NCBI GenBank assembly: GCA_016933575.1
Contig: JAFGAR010000028.1
Location: 96,001-160,000 of the forward strand
Source: Candidatus Thorarchaeota archaeon
Lineage (GTDB): Archaea; Asgardarchaeota; Thorarchaeia; Thorarchaeales; Thorarchaeaceae
Reading direction: 5' to 3'
DNA: 64,000 nt
Part shown: positions 29,792-39,719 of the stretch, in pieces
How the letters are laid out: every line of letters starts with the position of its first letter
Numbering within the stretch: position 1 is the first letter of the stretch
Translations under genes and position numbers: made by a program
The notes under the pieces: model-generated
The model's input: only the letters and a program-made list of their open reading frames with translations
The model's database searches: none
Told to the model about the DNA's origin: nothing

Positions 29792-32631
29792 TGTTCCTGT
29801 CTTCACGGATAACAGCAAATGCGACTGAGCTAGTTGTTGCATTTCTTATCTTCTCTCTATCTTCAGGAGTTGTAAGTGGAGTCCTTCTATATCTTGATAG
29901 TTCAGGTCCTGACGTTCTTTCGGAGATGTCAAATGAAACTCTTATTGATATGCAGGTTAACTTCCGACCTTCTTTCTACGAACAAAATCAGACTACAATT
30001 GAATTTCATCAAAATACAATTCTAGACACAGAGTATGTATCTGCAATCGAAACGATTTCTTTGATAGAGATTAATGATGATAGTATAGAAATCCCTGAGT
30101 TCAGTAGAAGCATTGTTCTTGGATTAGAAGACACATATTTCAATACGTTTCCAAAAAGCATCGATTTAGCAGAAGGTAACCTTCCTCTAAACGAATCAAA
30201 TTGCTACATTCAAAGACAGAGATTAGAAACTGAGGAATTATCTTTAGGCGATAACTTTACAATTTCTGTGCCGACCACTGAGGGTAGGTTGAACAAAACA
30301 TTTTCAATCGCTGGTACTTTTGACTCTAATCTATATACAAGAAGACTAACATACAATGCAGAACCGTTTTCGTATCTTTATATTATTCTTGAAAGAAATA
30401 CACTATTGACAGAATTTTCGAATTTAACACATTCTGGAGATAACAGCCTTTCAGACAGGATTTGTGTATCTTTTGATAAAAATGAATTATTAACTCAGGA
30501 CCCATCATTGATAGTAACCATTCTAAGGAATGTTGAGAAACAAATAGAACAGAGAATTCTTCCTGATGCCTCAGTAACTGATTTTTCACTTATTGGAGTA
30601 TTCTACGAATACTCATCTTGGATCACAGGTATGAGAATTATCGCCTTAGCATTTTCAGTCCCATCAATCATAATGGGAGTTATGCTGATACAATACAATT
30701 CGAATTTAGAAGCAAATCAACAGAGAAGAAATATTGGAGCGTTAAAGACACGGGGTGCATCTGGCTCTCAAGCAACACGATGGGTATTGAGCATTTCAAT
30801 ATTCACTGGCGTCGTTGGAAGCATTGGGGCTCTACTCACCGGGATTCTAGCTGCCTATCTTACCGGTGGTGTGAGAGAATTGATGATTTTTGACTTTACT
30901 CAAATGGATATCTTTGGAATAGTGATACTGCCACAGACCATCGTCATGCTCTTTCTCTACTCATTTACGATTGGATTTCTTGTGGCTATTCCAATGGCAA
31001 TCAGAGCATTTCTCATGTCCCCTGCAGACGCGCATAGTATCATTGAAAGAGAGAACAACGCAACAACAGAGAGAATGAGTAATCCTGTCTACCAAGTACT
31101 AGCTGTATGCATCGCAGGTATTCTCCTTATCCCACTAATAGATAGTATGGAGTCATTCTCCAATCTTTCAATGGGATTTGCAATCTGGGGATTCTTGATT
31201 ATTATCTTATTAGGAATTTTTATTCTAGGATTAACATATCTTCTTGCTCGACCATCAGCGAAATTAAAATCTCTTGTTTTATTGAGAGTCAAAAGAAAAT
31301 CCCTCATCGCTGGACTCAGAGTCGTGGGCAAGAGTGCTTTCACATTTAACAAGAGTGAGATGATGGCAGTAGTATTCATTTCACTTGTATTTACAGCAGG
31401 TACATTCTCTATCCTTGCTGCAACGACTGGAAGCAATCACATGAGAGAGCTATTCATGTTCGAAGTTGGAGCAGATATTGTCGTTGATGTAAAACCGGGA
31501 CTTGAAAACATAACACTCGATATGGTTGAAGAGATTGAATCATTGGAAGGTGTATCCCATGCAAGTGGCATGCTCAAGACATCCTCAAGAGTGACTTTTC
31601 CAATGGACTATAATGGGTATCTTTACTATTATAACCAATCCACAACGCTATATGGGATTCAACCTGAAAAGTGGACTCAATCAGCTTTCTTGAAATCATA
31701 TTTCACATACTATAATGATCCTATCACTTCTCTGGAGGAACTGGAAGATTCGGAAGATAAGGTGATTTGCAACTTTAAACCAATTATTGGCTATACTTCA
31801 GATTCATTTGGACAGTCTTATCCAATATATAGGGAATACCTCTCTATTGAACTTCTTGGGCTCGAGGGTAAGCATATTATGAATTGTTCAATTATTGATA
31901 TTATGGCTAATTACCCAGGAGGATTTACACGCGGTAACTACGGCTATCTTGGATATCGAGGCATTAGCTACTTACCTGGTGAAGATGTAGAGAGTCCTTT
32001 TGTGATGCTCGATATTCAATATCTCTATAAGTATCTCAATGTGTCATATATCAACAAGATCTATATCGACTTGGAAGAAAGCGCTGACTATAGTTCTATA
32101 ATGCAGCAGATTGGTGAAATAGCACCATTTAGCTTTGAAGATATTCAATCACCGTTCTCAGAAATAGAAAACTTACTTGACACGCGTGCAGGGCAAGCTG
32201 TCTATGGGGCTTATACGCTGAATGTCATTTTCTCCATTCTCTATCTCACATCAGGAATTACTCTTGTTCTTACAATGAAAGTGAGAATGATGAGAAGGTA
32301 CTTCTCTCTCTTAAGAGCCCTAGGTACACAAAGCCGAGCTGTGCTTCTATCGGTTCTTATCGATTCAATAATCAGTCTAATATTTGGAGCAATAATAGGA
32401 GCTATTGTTGGAATCTTGCTTACATTAATTGTGCTGAGATTTCCGCTAACATATCTCGGTCTTTCAACTGCGATTTCATGGGATAGACTGCCATTAACAA
32501 TTTCAATTCCAATTCCTTTGCTAGTTGGACTGGTAAGCATATCAATTGGATTTACTCTGGTTGCAGCTTTCCTTGTTATCAGAAGAGGTTTAGAATCTAA
32601 TATAGCAGATGACATCCAGCACTCTGAATAA
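29791..32631 (+). CDS. type VII ABC permease, class B copy 2
   Basis: Paralogue of 22958 (LIFSLSSGV, ALAFSVPSIIMGVMLIQYN, YGAYTLNVIFS, NIADDIQ); TAATG stop/start overlap. Confidence 0.88.
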   Translation: MFLSSRITANATELVVAFLIFSLSSGVVSGVLLYLDSSGPDVLSEMSNETLIDMQVNFRPSFYEQNQTTIEFHQNTILDTEYVSAIETISLIEINDDSIEIPEFSRSIVLGLEDTYFNTFPKSIDLAEGNLPLNESNCYIQRQRLETEELSLGDNFTISVPTTEGRLNKTFSIAGTFDSNLYTRRLTYNAEPFSYLYIILERNTLLTEFSNLTHSGDNSLSDRICVSFDKNELLTQDPSLIVTILRNVEKQIEQRILPDASVTDFSLIGVFYEYSSWITGMRIIALAFSVPSIIMGVMLIQYNSNLEANQQRRNIGALKTRGASGSQATRWVLSISIFTGVVGSIGALLTGILAAYLTGGVRELMIFDFTQMDIFGIVILPQTIVMLFLYSFTIGFLVAIPMAIRAFLMSPADAHSIIERENNATTERMSNPVYQVLAVCIAGILLIPLIDSMESFSNLSMGFAIWGFLIIILLGIFILGLTYLLARPSAKLKSLVLLRVKRKSLIAGLRVVGKSAFTFNKSEMMAVVFISLVFTAGTFSILAATTGSNHMRELFMFEVGADIVVDVKPGLENITLDMVEEIESLEGVSHASGMLKTSSRVTFPMDYNGYLYYYNQSTTLYGIQPEKWTQSAFLKSYFTYYNDPITSLEELEDSEDKVICNFKPIIGYTSDSFGQSYPIYREYLSIELLGLEGKHIMNCSIIDIMANYPGGFTRGNYGYLGYRGISYLPGEDVESPFVMLDIQYLYKYLNVSYINKIYIDLEESADYSSIMQQIGEIAPFSFEDIQSPFSEIENLLDTRAGQAVYGAYTLNVIFSILYLTSGITLVLTMKVRMMRRYFSLLRALGTQSRAVLLSVLIDSIISLIFGAIIGAIVGILLTLIVLRFPLTYLGLSTAISWDRLPLTISIPIPLLVGLVSISIGFTLVAAFLVIRRGLESNIADDIQHSE

Positions 32632-32749
32632 CGATACATAGAAACGATAAACCATTTCTAAAGCAACTAACAGTGAAAATCATAGGTAAATTGAAAGGAC
32701 TAATTGTTGGGTGTTCGCAGATAAGTCATAAATCGGTGGCCATCTACCA

Positions 32750-33124
32750 TTGGAAAACTTTGATTCTGAATATGATCGTTTCTATAGACTAGCAGCAGAA
32801 GATATGGAAGCAGTACTGCGAGAGATAGTCACTTCTCGAGAACCTTGGTACGGTATTGCTCATATTGTAGAAGGCGATGACCAAGATTTCAATTAAAGAG
32901 CCAGAACAATCATCAAGGAGAGATTGAAATACATCATTGAGTCAATTCGAACCTCAAATCATCCATATCTTATCATCATAAGTATAATTCATCACGAGTG
33001 GATATTCCATGATGAGAGCATAATCACAGCGATAGCAGAGGCCATCAGACATTCAGAAAATCCAGCATGGCTCTATTATGAAATCAGTAAACATACACAT
33101 TTGATATATCGAAACAAAATATGA
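32750..33124 (+). pseudogene. short helical-repeat protein interrupted by an in-frame TAA
   Basis: One frame from TTG 32750 to TGA 33124 with a single TAA at 32894-32896; repeat unit I-x-x-S-x-x-P-W/Y seen on both sides of the stop. Confidence 0.55.
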
Positions 33125-33147
33125 CGCACTGAATTCTTCATTATTAA

Positions 33148-33192
33148 TAAAAAGAGAGAGATTGGCATGCCCCTGTTTTTTTAGACATGCCA
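33148..33192 (-). terminator. asnS terminator-like hairpin
   Basis: Minus strand TGGCATGTCT…GGGCATGCCA stem followed by TCTCTCTCTTTTT. Confidence 0.55.
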
Positions 33193-33207
33193 TCGAATTC
33201 AATATGG

Positions 33208-34515
33208 CTATGGAAATATCCGACTCACAGTTCTAGGGAATGGGATACAATCCCTGATGTGTTCAAGATTCAACATCCAAGTAATTAATCGGTCCATTCC
33301 AACCCCAAATCCTGAATGCTGAACACTGCCATATCTACGGATATCAATATACCATTTGTACTTCTCAGGATCATCACCAATTCTATTTAGATTATCAATG
33401 ATTAACTGAGCATCAGTTTCACGTTCGCTTCCGCCAATTACTTCACCAAATCCGCGAGGACCAAGAAGATCACTGTTCTTGTATGTTCTAGGATCTTCAG
33501 GATTGTCCTTCATATAGAATGATTTGATCTCCTTGGGATAGTATTCGACAAATAGAAAGTTATCACTCTCTTTTGTAAGGAATTCCTCAGCTTCGCTACG
33601 AATATCATCGCCCCATTTAATTTCAATACCACCCTTCTGACAGGTCTCTATAGCTTCCGAATAGGTCATTCGGTCAAACGGTGGATTTACTGCAAGCAAA
33701 CGTTTTGGATCGACTTTGAGCTCTGCTAGTTCGTACTTTCTGTTATTCGCCACAGAATGGCACATGTAACTTACAAGTTCCTCTTGTCGTTTCAGATTGC
33801 ATTCATGGTCGCACCATGCTTCTTCAACCTCCAGATGCCAGAATTCAGTGAGATGTTTTCTGGTTCTGGATTTTTCAGCTCGAAATGATGGAGCTAGTAT
33901 GAAGACTTTCTCCATGGCGAATAGCTGTGGTTCGAGATGCATTTGACTGGTCTGAGTCAAGTAGACTTTCTTTCCAAAATACTCCACCTCAAAGAGCTCC
34001 GCACCTTCTTCACCCATTGTTGACACGAACATTGGAGAAGTTGTTTCATAGAATCCCTGGCCGCGAAGATATTCACGAGCTGAATTGAACACTTCATCCC
34101 TGACCTTCAAGATATTGGTGAGCGATCTGGAACGCATCCATAAGTGGCGATTATCATTCAGGAATTCGATGCTCTGGTCTTCAGTGATCGGGAAATCTTC
34201 TGCGAAATGAAGCACATTAAAGTCCTCGACCTGTACTTCATAACCACCTTCCGCTCGCTCGTCAGCCTTCACTATACCAGCGATTGTAACAAGGCTTTCT
34301 ATTAGCATCTTCTCTGCATCAGCATATTGCTCGTCCCTGACTGCAGCCTTTTTAATGACCGTTTGGACAACACCTGAAGGATCTCTAAGGAGAACGAAGA
34401 CCATCTTCTTCTGTTTGCGAATTCGATGGACCCATCCTCGAAGATGGACCTTCTGTCCATCGTATCCACCTTCAAGTACGTCACGTACGTGAATATAGCT
34501 CACTTTAATCACCAC
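33208..34515 (-). CDS. asnS: asparagine--tRNA ligase
   Basis: OB-fold LRGWVHRIR; FRAEKSRTRKHLTEFWHLE; GEVIGGSERE; HSGFGVGMDR; CIPFPR. Confidence 0.9.
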   Translation of the reverse strand: MVIKVSYIHVRDVLEGGYDGQKVHLRGWVHRIRKQKKMVFVLLRDPSGVVQTVIKKAAVRDEQYADAEKMLIESLVTIAGIVKADERAEGGYEVQVEDFNVLHFAEDFPITEDQSIEFLNDNRHLWMRSRSLTNILKVRDEVFNSAREYLRGQGFYETTSPMFVSTMGEEGAELFEVEYFGKKVYLTQTSQMHLEPQLFAMEKVFILAPSFRAEKSRTRKHLTEFWHLEVEEAWCDHECNLKRQEELVSYMCHSVANNRKYELAELKVDPKRLLAVNPPFDRMTYSEAIETCQKGGIEIKWGDDIRSEAEEFLTKESDNFLFVEYYPKEIKSFYMKDNPEDPRTYKNSDLLGPRGFGEVIGGSERETDAQLIIDNLNRIGDDPEKYKWYIDIRRYGSVQHSGFGVGMDRLITWMLNLEHIRDCIPFPRTVSRIFP

Positions 34516-34567
34516 AAGTTTTGGTTAGACCTATTGGAGCCTAACGTCTATGCCCGCTAGTCTTGAG

Positions 34568-34599
34568 ATAAAAGGGTGACGGCCATTATAGGCCATCAC
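34568..34599 (-). terminator. hairpin directly after the surface-protein stop codon
   Basis: Minus strand GTGATGGCC-TATAAT-GGCCGTCAC then CCTTTTAT. Confidence 0.5.
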
Positions 34600-34603
34600 A
34601 GAT

Positions 34604-36520
34604 TTACCTGTATCTTACAAACCAGATGATCGCAATAAGAACAATTGCACCAACTGCAATCAATCCGATAGAGAACATATATCGAGCTACTGTCGATTGG
34701 GTCACTGTCACAGTGACTGTAGATTCAGCGCTGTTGCCTCCAATGTCATAGACACGAAGCGTGACAGTATGTGTCCCTTCTAACATTCCCGAGAAATCAA
34801 ACTCGATTATGTCAGAGACCCAGTCTATCGCATTGCCTACAACACCATCTACTATGATAGTATAGTAATCTTTGAAATCATCTACCGCAGTCCAGTTCTT
34901 GATACTCACAATATCTCCTTGAGCATAGATGATATTTCCAGGTGAGTAGGTAATGACTGGAGGTGTAGTATCAGCCTTCACAGTCACTAAGACACTACTC
35001 ATTGCAATATTGTTGCTAGTGTCATTCACATAGATTGTGAAATTATGAATACCAATAGCTAGGCCATTCAGACTGATTGAAATAATCGGTTCAATTGGAT
35101 CAATGCTACCGGAGGCATATGTCTCATTGTTATCAGTTATATTGTACTTACTGGGGTAGTCATCAATAACTGTCCAACTTAGAGTGTATCCAGTTTCTGA
35201 GAAGAAGAACTCAACGGGATCAGGACTCTCGATGACTGGTGTAATATTCTCATATAATCTAAGTGAAACAACATCTTCAGCGAAATTGTTATTTTGGTCA
35301 TAAGCAACCAGCTTGATCTCATAAACACCAATGATGAATTTTGGAAATGCAGCACTAACATTGTATACATAGTCATACGTTGAATTGACCCACGAAACTG
35401 TCACATTGAGTACATCATCAACATAGACCTTGATAGTTGCAGGATATTCATCTTCAAGATGCCAAGTGATTGTGACATTCTCTGAAGTAATGAGTACGTC
35501 TTGGTCGACAGGACCTGTAATCACTGGATTTCGGAGGTCACTAGATACAGAAGTCAGATTGTAATAATAGTCGCCAAGACCCACTGGCTGTCCGCCATAT
35601 GTGATTGTCCAGTTGATAAAAGCAACGGGTAGATCTACGAATAAAACAGTCCCATTACTGCCTGTAGTCTTTGTATCAATGATTGTTCCATTCTTATACA
35701 TGACTTGAATCTGAGCACCTACGAGCGGTTCAAAACTTGTTTCATAGTATGTAAAGACTTCAAGGTCATAATAGTCAGGATTCCCTGTTAGAGGTCCAAT
35801 ACTCTGGTAGACCAGTTGTTGTGTGCTATTTGCCTCAAGTAAGCCCCAATCGAGGAGATAGCCTTTGTAGTAGGGGTCATCTAGGACAGATAATCGCCAA
35901 ATATAATCACCATCAGGAATATCAGAGAAATCAGCATTGCCATCAACAACCTCAACTTGAGCCCATATCGAGTCATTGGAACTGTAATGAATTGAGAAGT
36001 TGAGATTATTTGCAGGATTGAACTCAATATCTGTGATAGTTGCATTCAGATCATCTTGGTCATTATCCCAGTCAATGTTTCCGAACAAGATATTCAAGTT
36101 GGCCTCGGGACCATTGGATACTATCTGACCAGTTTTATCTGGAGTAATAGGGTCTGAAGCGTGAGAAACATTCCATTTGTAGGTTCCAATAGGGAGATTG
36201 TAGAAGTATGCGAACCCATTTCCATCAGTGTATTCCTCATCCTCAAGAGCCATTGTTGATGCATTGAAGAGACGGACCCATGCGTTGTTTAGAGGATTTG
36301 TACCATTAAGGACCCTGAATTCAAAATCGTCATCATTGAAAGCTTGTAACGCATTGAAAACGCGCACATTAACAACGTAAGCTGTTGTTGATGGAGCGTA
36401 GGGTGTGTCGACTAGAGATATAGTTGTCACCGGACTGCTATTGAAAGCAATCGGAATGACTGCACCGGCTATGAAAAACGCCGTGAATAGTAATGCAAAT
36501 GCTCTATGTGATTTGCTCAT
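34604..36520 (-). CDS. cell-surface glycoprotein with repeated Ig/CnaB-like domains and C-terminal membrane anchor
   Basis: N-terminal signal; three TDGNG-x-A-x-F-x-x-LP-like repeats; three P-x-I…W-x-x-x-D…Y repeats; TM followed by RYR; many sequons. Confidence 0.82.
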   Translation of the reverse strand: MSKSHRAFALLFTAFFIAGAVIPIAFNSSPVTTISLVDTPYAPSTTAYVVNVRVFNALQAFNDDDFEFRVLNGTNPLNNAWVRLFNASTMALEDEEYTDGNGFAYFYNLPIGTYKWNVSHASDPITPDKTGQIVSNGPEANLNILFGNIDWDNDQDDLNATITDIEFNPANNLNFSIHYSSNDSIWAQVEVVDGNADFSDIPDGDYIWRLSVLDDPYYKGYLLDWGLLEANSTQQLVYQSIGPLTGNPDYYDLEVFTYYETSFEPLVGAQIQVMYKNGTIIDTKTTGSNGTVLFVDLPVAFINWTITYGGQPVGLGDYYYNLTSVSSDLRNPVITGPVDQDVLITSENVTITWHLEDEYPATIKVYVDDVLNVTVSWVNSTYDYVYNVSAAFPKFIIGVYEIKLVAYDQNNNFAEDVVSLRLYENITPVIESPDPVEFFFSETGYTLSWTVIDDYPSKYNITDNNETYASGSIDPIEPIISISLNGLAIGIHNFTIYVNDTSNNIAMSSVLVTVKADTTPPVITYSPGNIIYAQGDIVSIKNWTAVDDFKDYYTIIVDGVVGNAIDWVSDIIEFDFSGMLEGTHTVTLRVYDIGGNSAESTVTVTVTQSTVARYMFSIGLIAVGAIVLIAIIWFVRYR

Positions 36521-36659
36521 TCAAGTTCACTCTCGATAGGGGCTGAAGATGGCAAATCCAATGCCATCTAACGCTTGGCGGCGTCGAACTAGAATGCAGC
36601 ATAAAAGGCTTACCCTAGTTCCAGCAGTGCACCAGTTTGCCGTGATTTATGCATAACTT

Positions 36660-36848
36660 CTAAGATGACCTTGTCTGTCGTCCCATTCTGTATAGACCAA
36701 GGAGATTCAGAACCAAAGCCATACCAGTTAAGACACCTATAATGAAATCAAGAATCTGAACATCAGCAACAAGGAATCTATCAGCTAAGATGGCAATCGC
36801 TAAACAAATTCCGCCAATTGGAATTAACCATTCATCTTTTAGTAACAT
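36660..36848 (-). CDS. small two-TM membrane protein
   Basis: ATG 36848 after GGAG; two hydrophobic helices. Confidence 0.6.
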   Translation of the reverse strand: MLLKDEWLIPIGGICLAIAILADRFLVADVQILDFIIGVLTGMALVLNLLGLYRMGRQTRSS

Positions 36849-36967
36849 CAGTAGTTCTCCTAGAATGAATCTCTTGAATACCAATGATAACCTTACGTTC
36901 TAAGCCAAATTGGCAATCATACTAGGACGACGGAATTGCATCGTTTGCAAGAGAGGATAGTCTAGGT

Positions 36968-37804
36968 CTATAGATGATTCTCAATCCACTGGAATATATC
37001 ACCGAGAAACTCATCCCCTCCAGGTTCTTCAAATGGCTCGTGATACAAACCAGGGTAGAATTTCCAAGTCTTGTCCTCAGAATTAATGTTATCAAAGAAT
37101 TCTTTGTTTTTGTCAGGAATTAGAATCATATCATCTCCAGTCTGTTGAACCAACACGGGCAGTTTTATTCGATTTGCAGATTCAAACAGTCTCTTACTTG
37201 CTTTGAGTCCTTCAATTGCATACCGAGGCGTCGCTTTGTCAAATCTTAGTGGATCTTCTTTGTTTCTTTGAACAACATCCTGATTTCTTGAGATGAGATC
37301 TATCTTCAATCCATTATCAATGTAGGTCTTGACATTGATTTTTGATAGCAAGGTGCCAATCATTCTAGTTGCCTTCCCAACTTCAAGTCTCTCAGACACT
37401 GCTGGGCATGGCATAATTAAACCATCAATTGGTGCATTTGGATATTCAAGAATATAGCATCCAATGAAGACACCACCAAGAGAATGTCCATACATGAACA
37501 TCTTTTCATCAGGATGAGCCTCTTTGATTTCGTCAACTAGAACTTTCATATCTTCAAGATGCTCATTGAAACTCTCAATATGGCCCTTGCGACCCGGGTA
37601 TGTACCAAATCCCCTCATATCCGGAGCATAGAATAGAAATCCTTTCGATGCAAATTGCTCTGCAACAAAAGAAAGCAAGCCACTATGTGAACCAAGGCCA
37701 TGAAATCCTAGAACTACAGCACGTGGTTCTCCTTCGGGTTTCCACACCCTAAGCAGCATGATTGTCCCATCATATCCTGAATAATGCTCTTCTTCACCTG
37801 ACAT
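36968..37804 (-). CDS. lysophospholipase/monoacylglycerol lipase (alpha/beta hydrolase)
   Basis: HGLGSHSG, DMRGFG, GHSLGG, GDDMIL, YHEP. Confidence 0.9.
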   Translation of the reverse strand: MSGEEEHYSGYDGTIMLLRVWKPEGEPRAVVLGFHGLGSHSGLLSFVAEQFASKGFLFYAPDMRGFGTYPGRKGHIESFNEHLEDMKVLVDEIKEAHPDEKMFMYGHSLGGVFIGCYILEYPNAPIDGLIMPCPAVSERLEVGKATRMIGTLLSKINVKTYIDNGLKIDLISRNQDVVQRNKEDPLRFDKATPRYAIEGLKASKRLFESANRIKLPVLVQQTGDDMILIPDKNKEFFDNINSEDKTWKFYPGLYHEPFEEPGGDEFLGDIFQWIENHL

Positions 37805-37868
37805 TTATTCCACACAGCACACACAGAATATGCAAAATTACCTATTTGTCTTCCGAAGTTCCCAAATA

Positions 37869-38687
37869 TCAACTGGTGAGTAATGCAAATTGCATTCGAG
37901 GGTAATCAATAATAATTTCAAGACTCTTTAAGAAATCAAATCCAATGATTCCATTCTCAATGAGATTACCCTTTGGTGAAACTCTACTGAGATCTATGAC
38001 TGTTGCAGTAGATTTTTCCAGTCTTTGAGAACCAATAGATATGGAATCAAGCGAAGCTATTTTTAGTTCAACATCACCACCAAGACCTCGAGCAATTCCA
38101 TTGATTGGTTCTGCACTGGCACCAATATTTGTGGCAAAATCTGGTGTAAGCACTGTATTTCCTGCCCCAGTATCAAGAACAAAATCAAAAGGTCCACATC
38201 CGTTAACTACGACAGGAACTCCAATCAAATGTGAGTCTTTGATATACTCAAAGGGACTCCAGATAATGGAATCAGTTGAATCATTATCAGAGAAGCGATC
38301 CTTATCGATGCAAAGTTTCTTCCGTGAGTAATTCAAAGACAATATGCAGTGTTTAAGCGTTGAATGACCAATCACACCATCGCGCTTTCCAGCTCCTTGT
38401 AACATAGCATTAAGATCCAAGACATAGACTTCATCTTCATTGAATGTGAGAGGACCTATACCAATTGTAGCTATCGCATATTCAGTAGGTATCCCGCTTC
38501 CGAGACCTCTTGCATCGGATTGTTCCCTCTTATAGGTAGATATCCCCAATTTTTCAGCTAATGACTTGGTGAGAGTTGTTGTAGAAGCTCCTGTATCAAA
38601 AACAAATTGAAAAGGACCATATCCATTGACATGGACTGGTATTTTCACAAGGCGAGTACCAGATTCAATTTCAAACTCAATATCCAT
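37869..38687 (-). CDS. tandem two-domain retropepsin-like aspartic protease
   Basis: Two FVFDTGA/FVLDTGA catalytic motifs, each followed by a GVIG/GIIG psi-loop; start moved to ATG 38687. Confidence 0.88.
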   Translation of the reverse strand: MDIEFEIESGTRLVKIPVHVNGYGPFQFVFDTGASTTTLTKSLAEKLGISTYKREQSDARGLGSGIPTEYAIATIGIGPLTFNEDEVYVLDLNAMLQGAGKRDGVIGHSTLKHCILSLNYSRKKLCIDKDRFSDNDSTDSIIWSPFEYIKDSHLIGVPVVVNGCGPFDFVLDTGAGNTVLTPDFATNIGASAEPINGIARGLGGDVELKIASLDSISIGSQRLEKSTATVIDLSRVSPKGNLIENGIIGFDFLKSLEIIIDYPRMQFALLTS

Positions 38688-38697
38688 AGTATCGCCT

Positions 38698-39498
38698 TCA
38701 GAAATCAGGTTTTCGGCCATACACGTAGGCACTATAGGCTCCGTACATACTTGAACCAGCCTTTCCAGCTATTTTGACATCTACGAATCCAACATCTTTC
38801 ATATGTTGAAGATATTCATCATCAAGTATAGCTCCACCAATACAACCTGTATATGTTACAACTTCGTCTTGGATTTCTTTTGACAATGGTCGTGATAGAA
38901 CGATATCAGAAACCATCATTCTACCACCGGCTCGCAAAACTCTGAAAGCCTCGTGAAACACTTTACTCTTATCTGGAGCCAAATTGATGACACAATTACT
39001 GATAACAACATCAACAGAACTATCATCTAGAGGGAGATCCTCGATATCTCCATAACGAAACTCTACGTTTTCGATGCCGAGCTCTTCAGCATTCTTCTTA
39101 GCCTTGTTTATCATTGCAGGAGTCATATCAACACCAATTACTCTCCCGGTAGTACCCACTTTACTACTAGCGACGAACATATCGAGACCTGCGCCACTAC
39201 CTAAATCAAGTACGATCTCCCCCTCCTTTAGGCTTGCAAGCGCTACAGGATTTCCACACCCTGCAAAAGACTCTGTTGTTGAAATCGGCATTCCATGAGT
39301 ATCATAGCCAAGTGCTTGAGCAAGATCAATGCGCGTGACCTTCCTAGAGGAGGACTCACCGCAGCAACTTGATGATCTCTTAATATCAGGTTCGCAGCCA
39401 CAACTTACATCGAGGTCTGCAACCTGAGTGTACGCTTTCCGAACTTCTTCCTTAATTTCATCAGGTTTCATATCACTAATTTTTTTCATGTCTGTCAT
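38698..39498 (-). CDS. arsM: arsenite S-adenosylmethionine methyltransferase
   Basis: SCC N-terminus, GCGNP, VLDLGSGAGLD, GVDMT, ISNCVINLAPDK, GCIGGA. Confidence 0.88.
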   Translation of the reverse strand: MTDMKKISDMKPDEIKEEVRKAYTQVADLDVSCGCEPDIKRSSSCCGESSSRKVTRIDLAQALGYDTHGMPISTTESFAGCGNPVALASLKEGEIVLDLGSGAGLDMFVASSKVGTTGRVIGVDMTPAMINKAKKNAEELGIENVEFRYGDIEDLPLDDSSVDVVISNCVINLAPDKSKVFHEAFRVLRAGGRMMVSDIVLSRPLSKEIQDEVVTYTGCIGGAILDDEYLQHMKDVGFVDVKIAGKAGSSMYGAYSAYVYGRKPDF

Positions 39499-39652
39499 AC
39501 AACCACCGTCTTCGAGGGATTCCTATTCGATAGATCTTCGACGCAATAGGATGCTGATTCATATGAATTATCAGTTCTCTTACAATCGTTAAGAAATCGT
39601 CTTGATTTGCAGGATTTCATTTTCTTATCATTGTCCATTCAATCACCAACCA

Positions 39653-39715
39653 TATTGGACATCCAATATTGGACATCCGATATATAAATTTAAATGTATC
39701 GGACATCCAATACAT
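39653..39715. promoter_or_regulatory. three near-palindromic operator boxes TATYGGACATCCRATA around a TATA element
   Basis: Copies at 39653-39668, 39667-39682 and 39697-39712; TATATAAATTTAAA at 39681-39694; ATG at 39720. Confidence 0.8.
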
Positions 39716-39719
39716 CAAT

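Noticed and set aside
39653-39715. Repeats considered as a mini-CRISPR
   Set aside because: 16-bp units with overlapping or 14-nt spacing, no spacers of CRISPR length and no cas genes
39669-39719. N-terminal extension of PadR (MDIRYINLNVSDIQYIN)
   Set aside because: It is the translation of the operator repeats and TATA box
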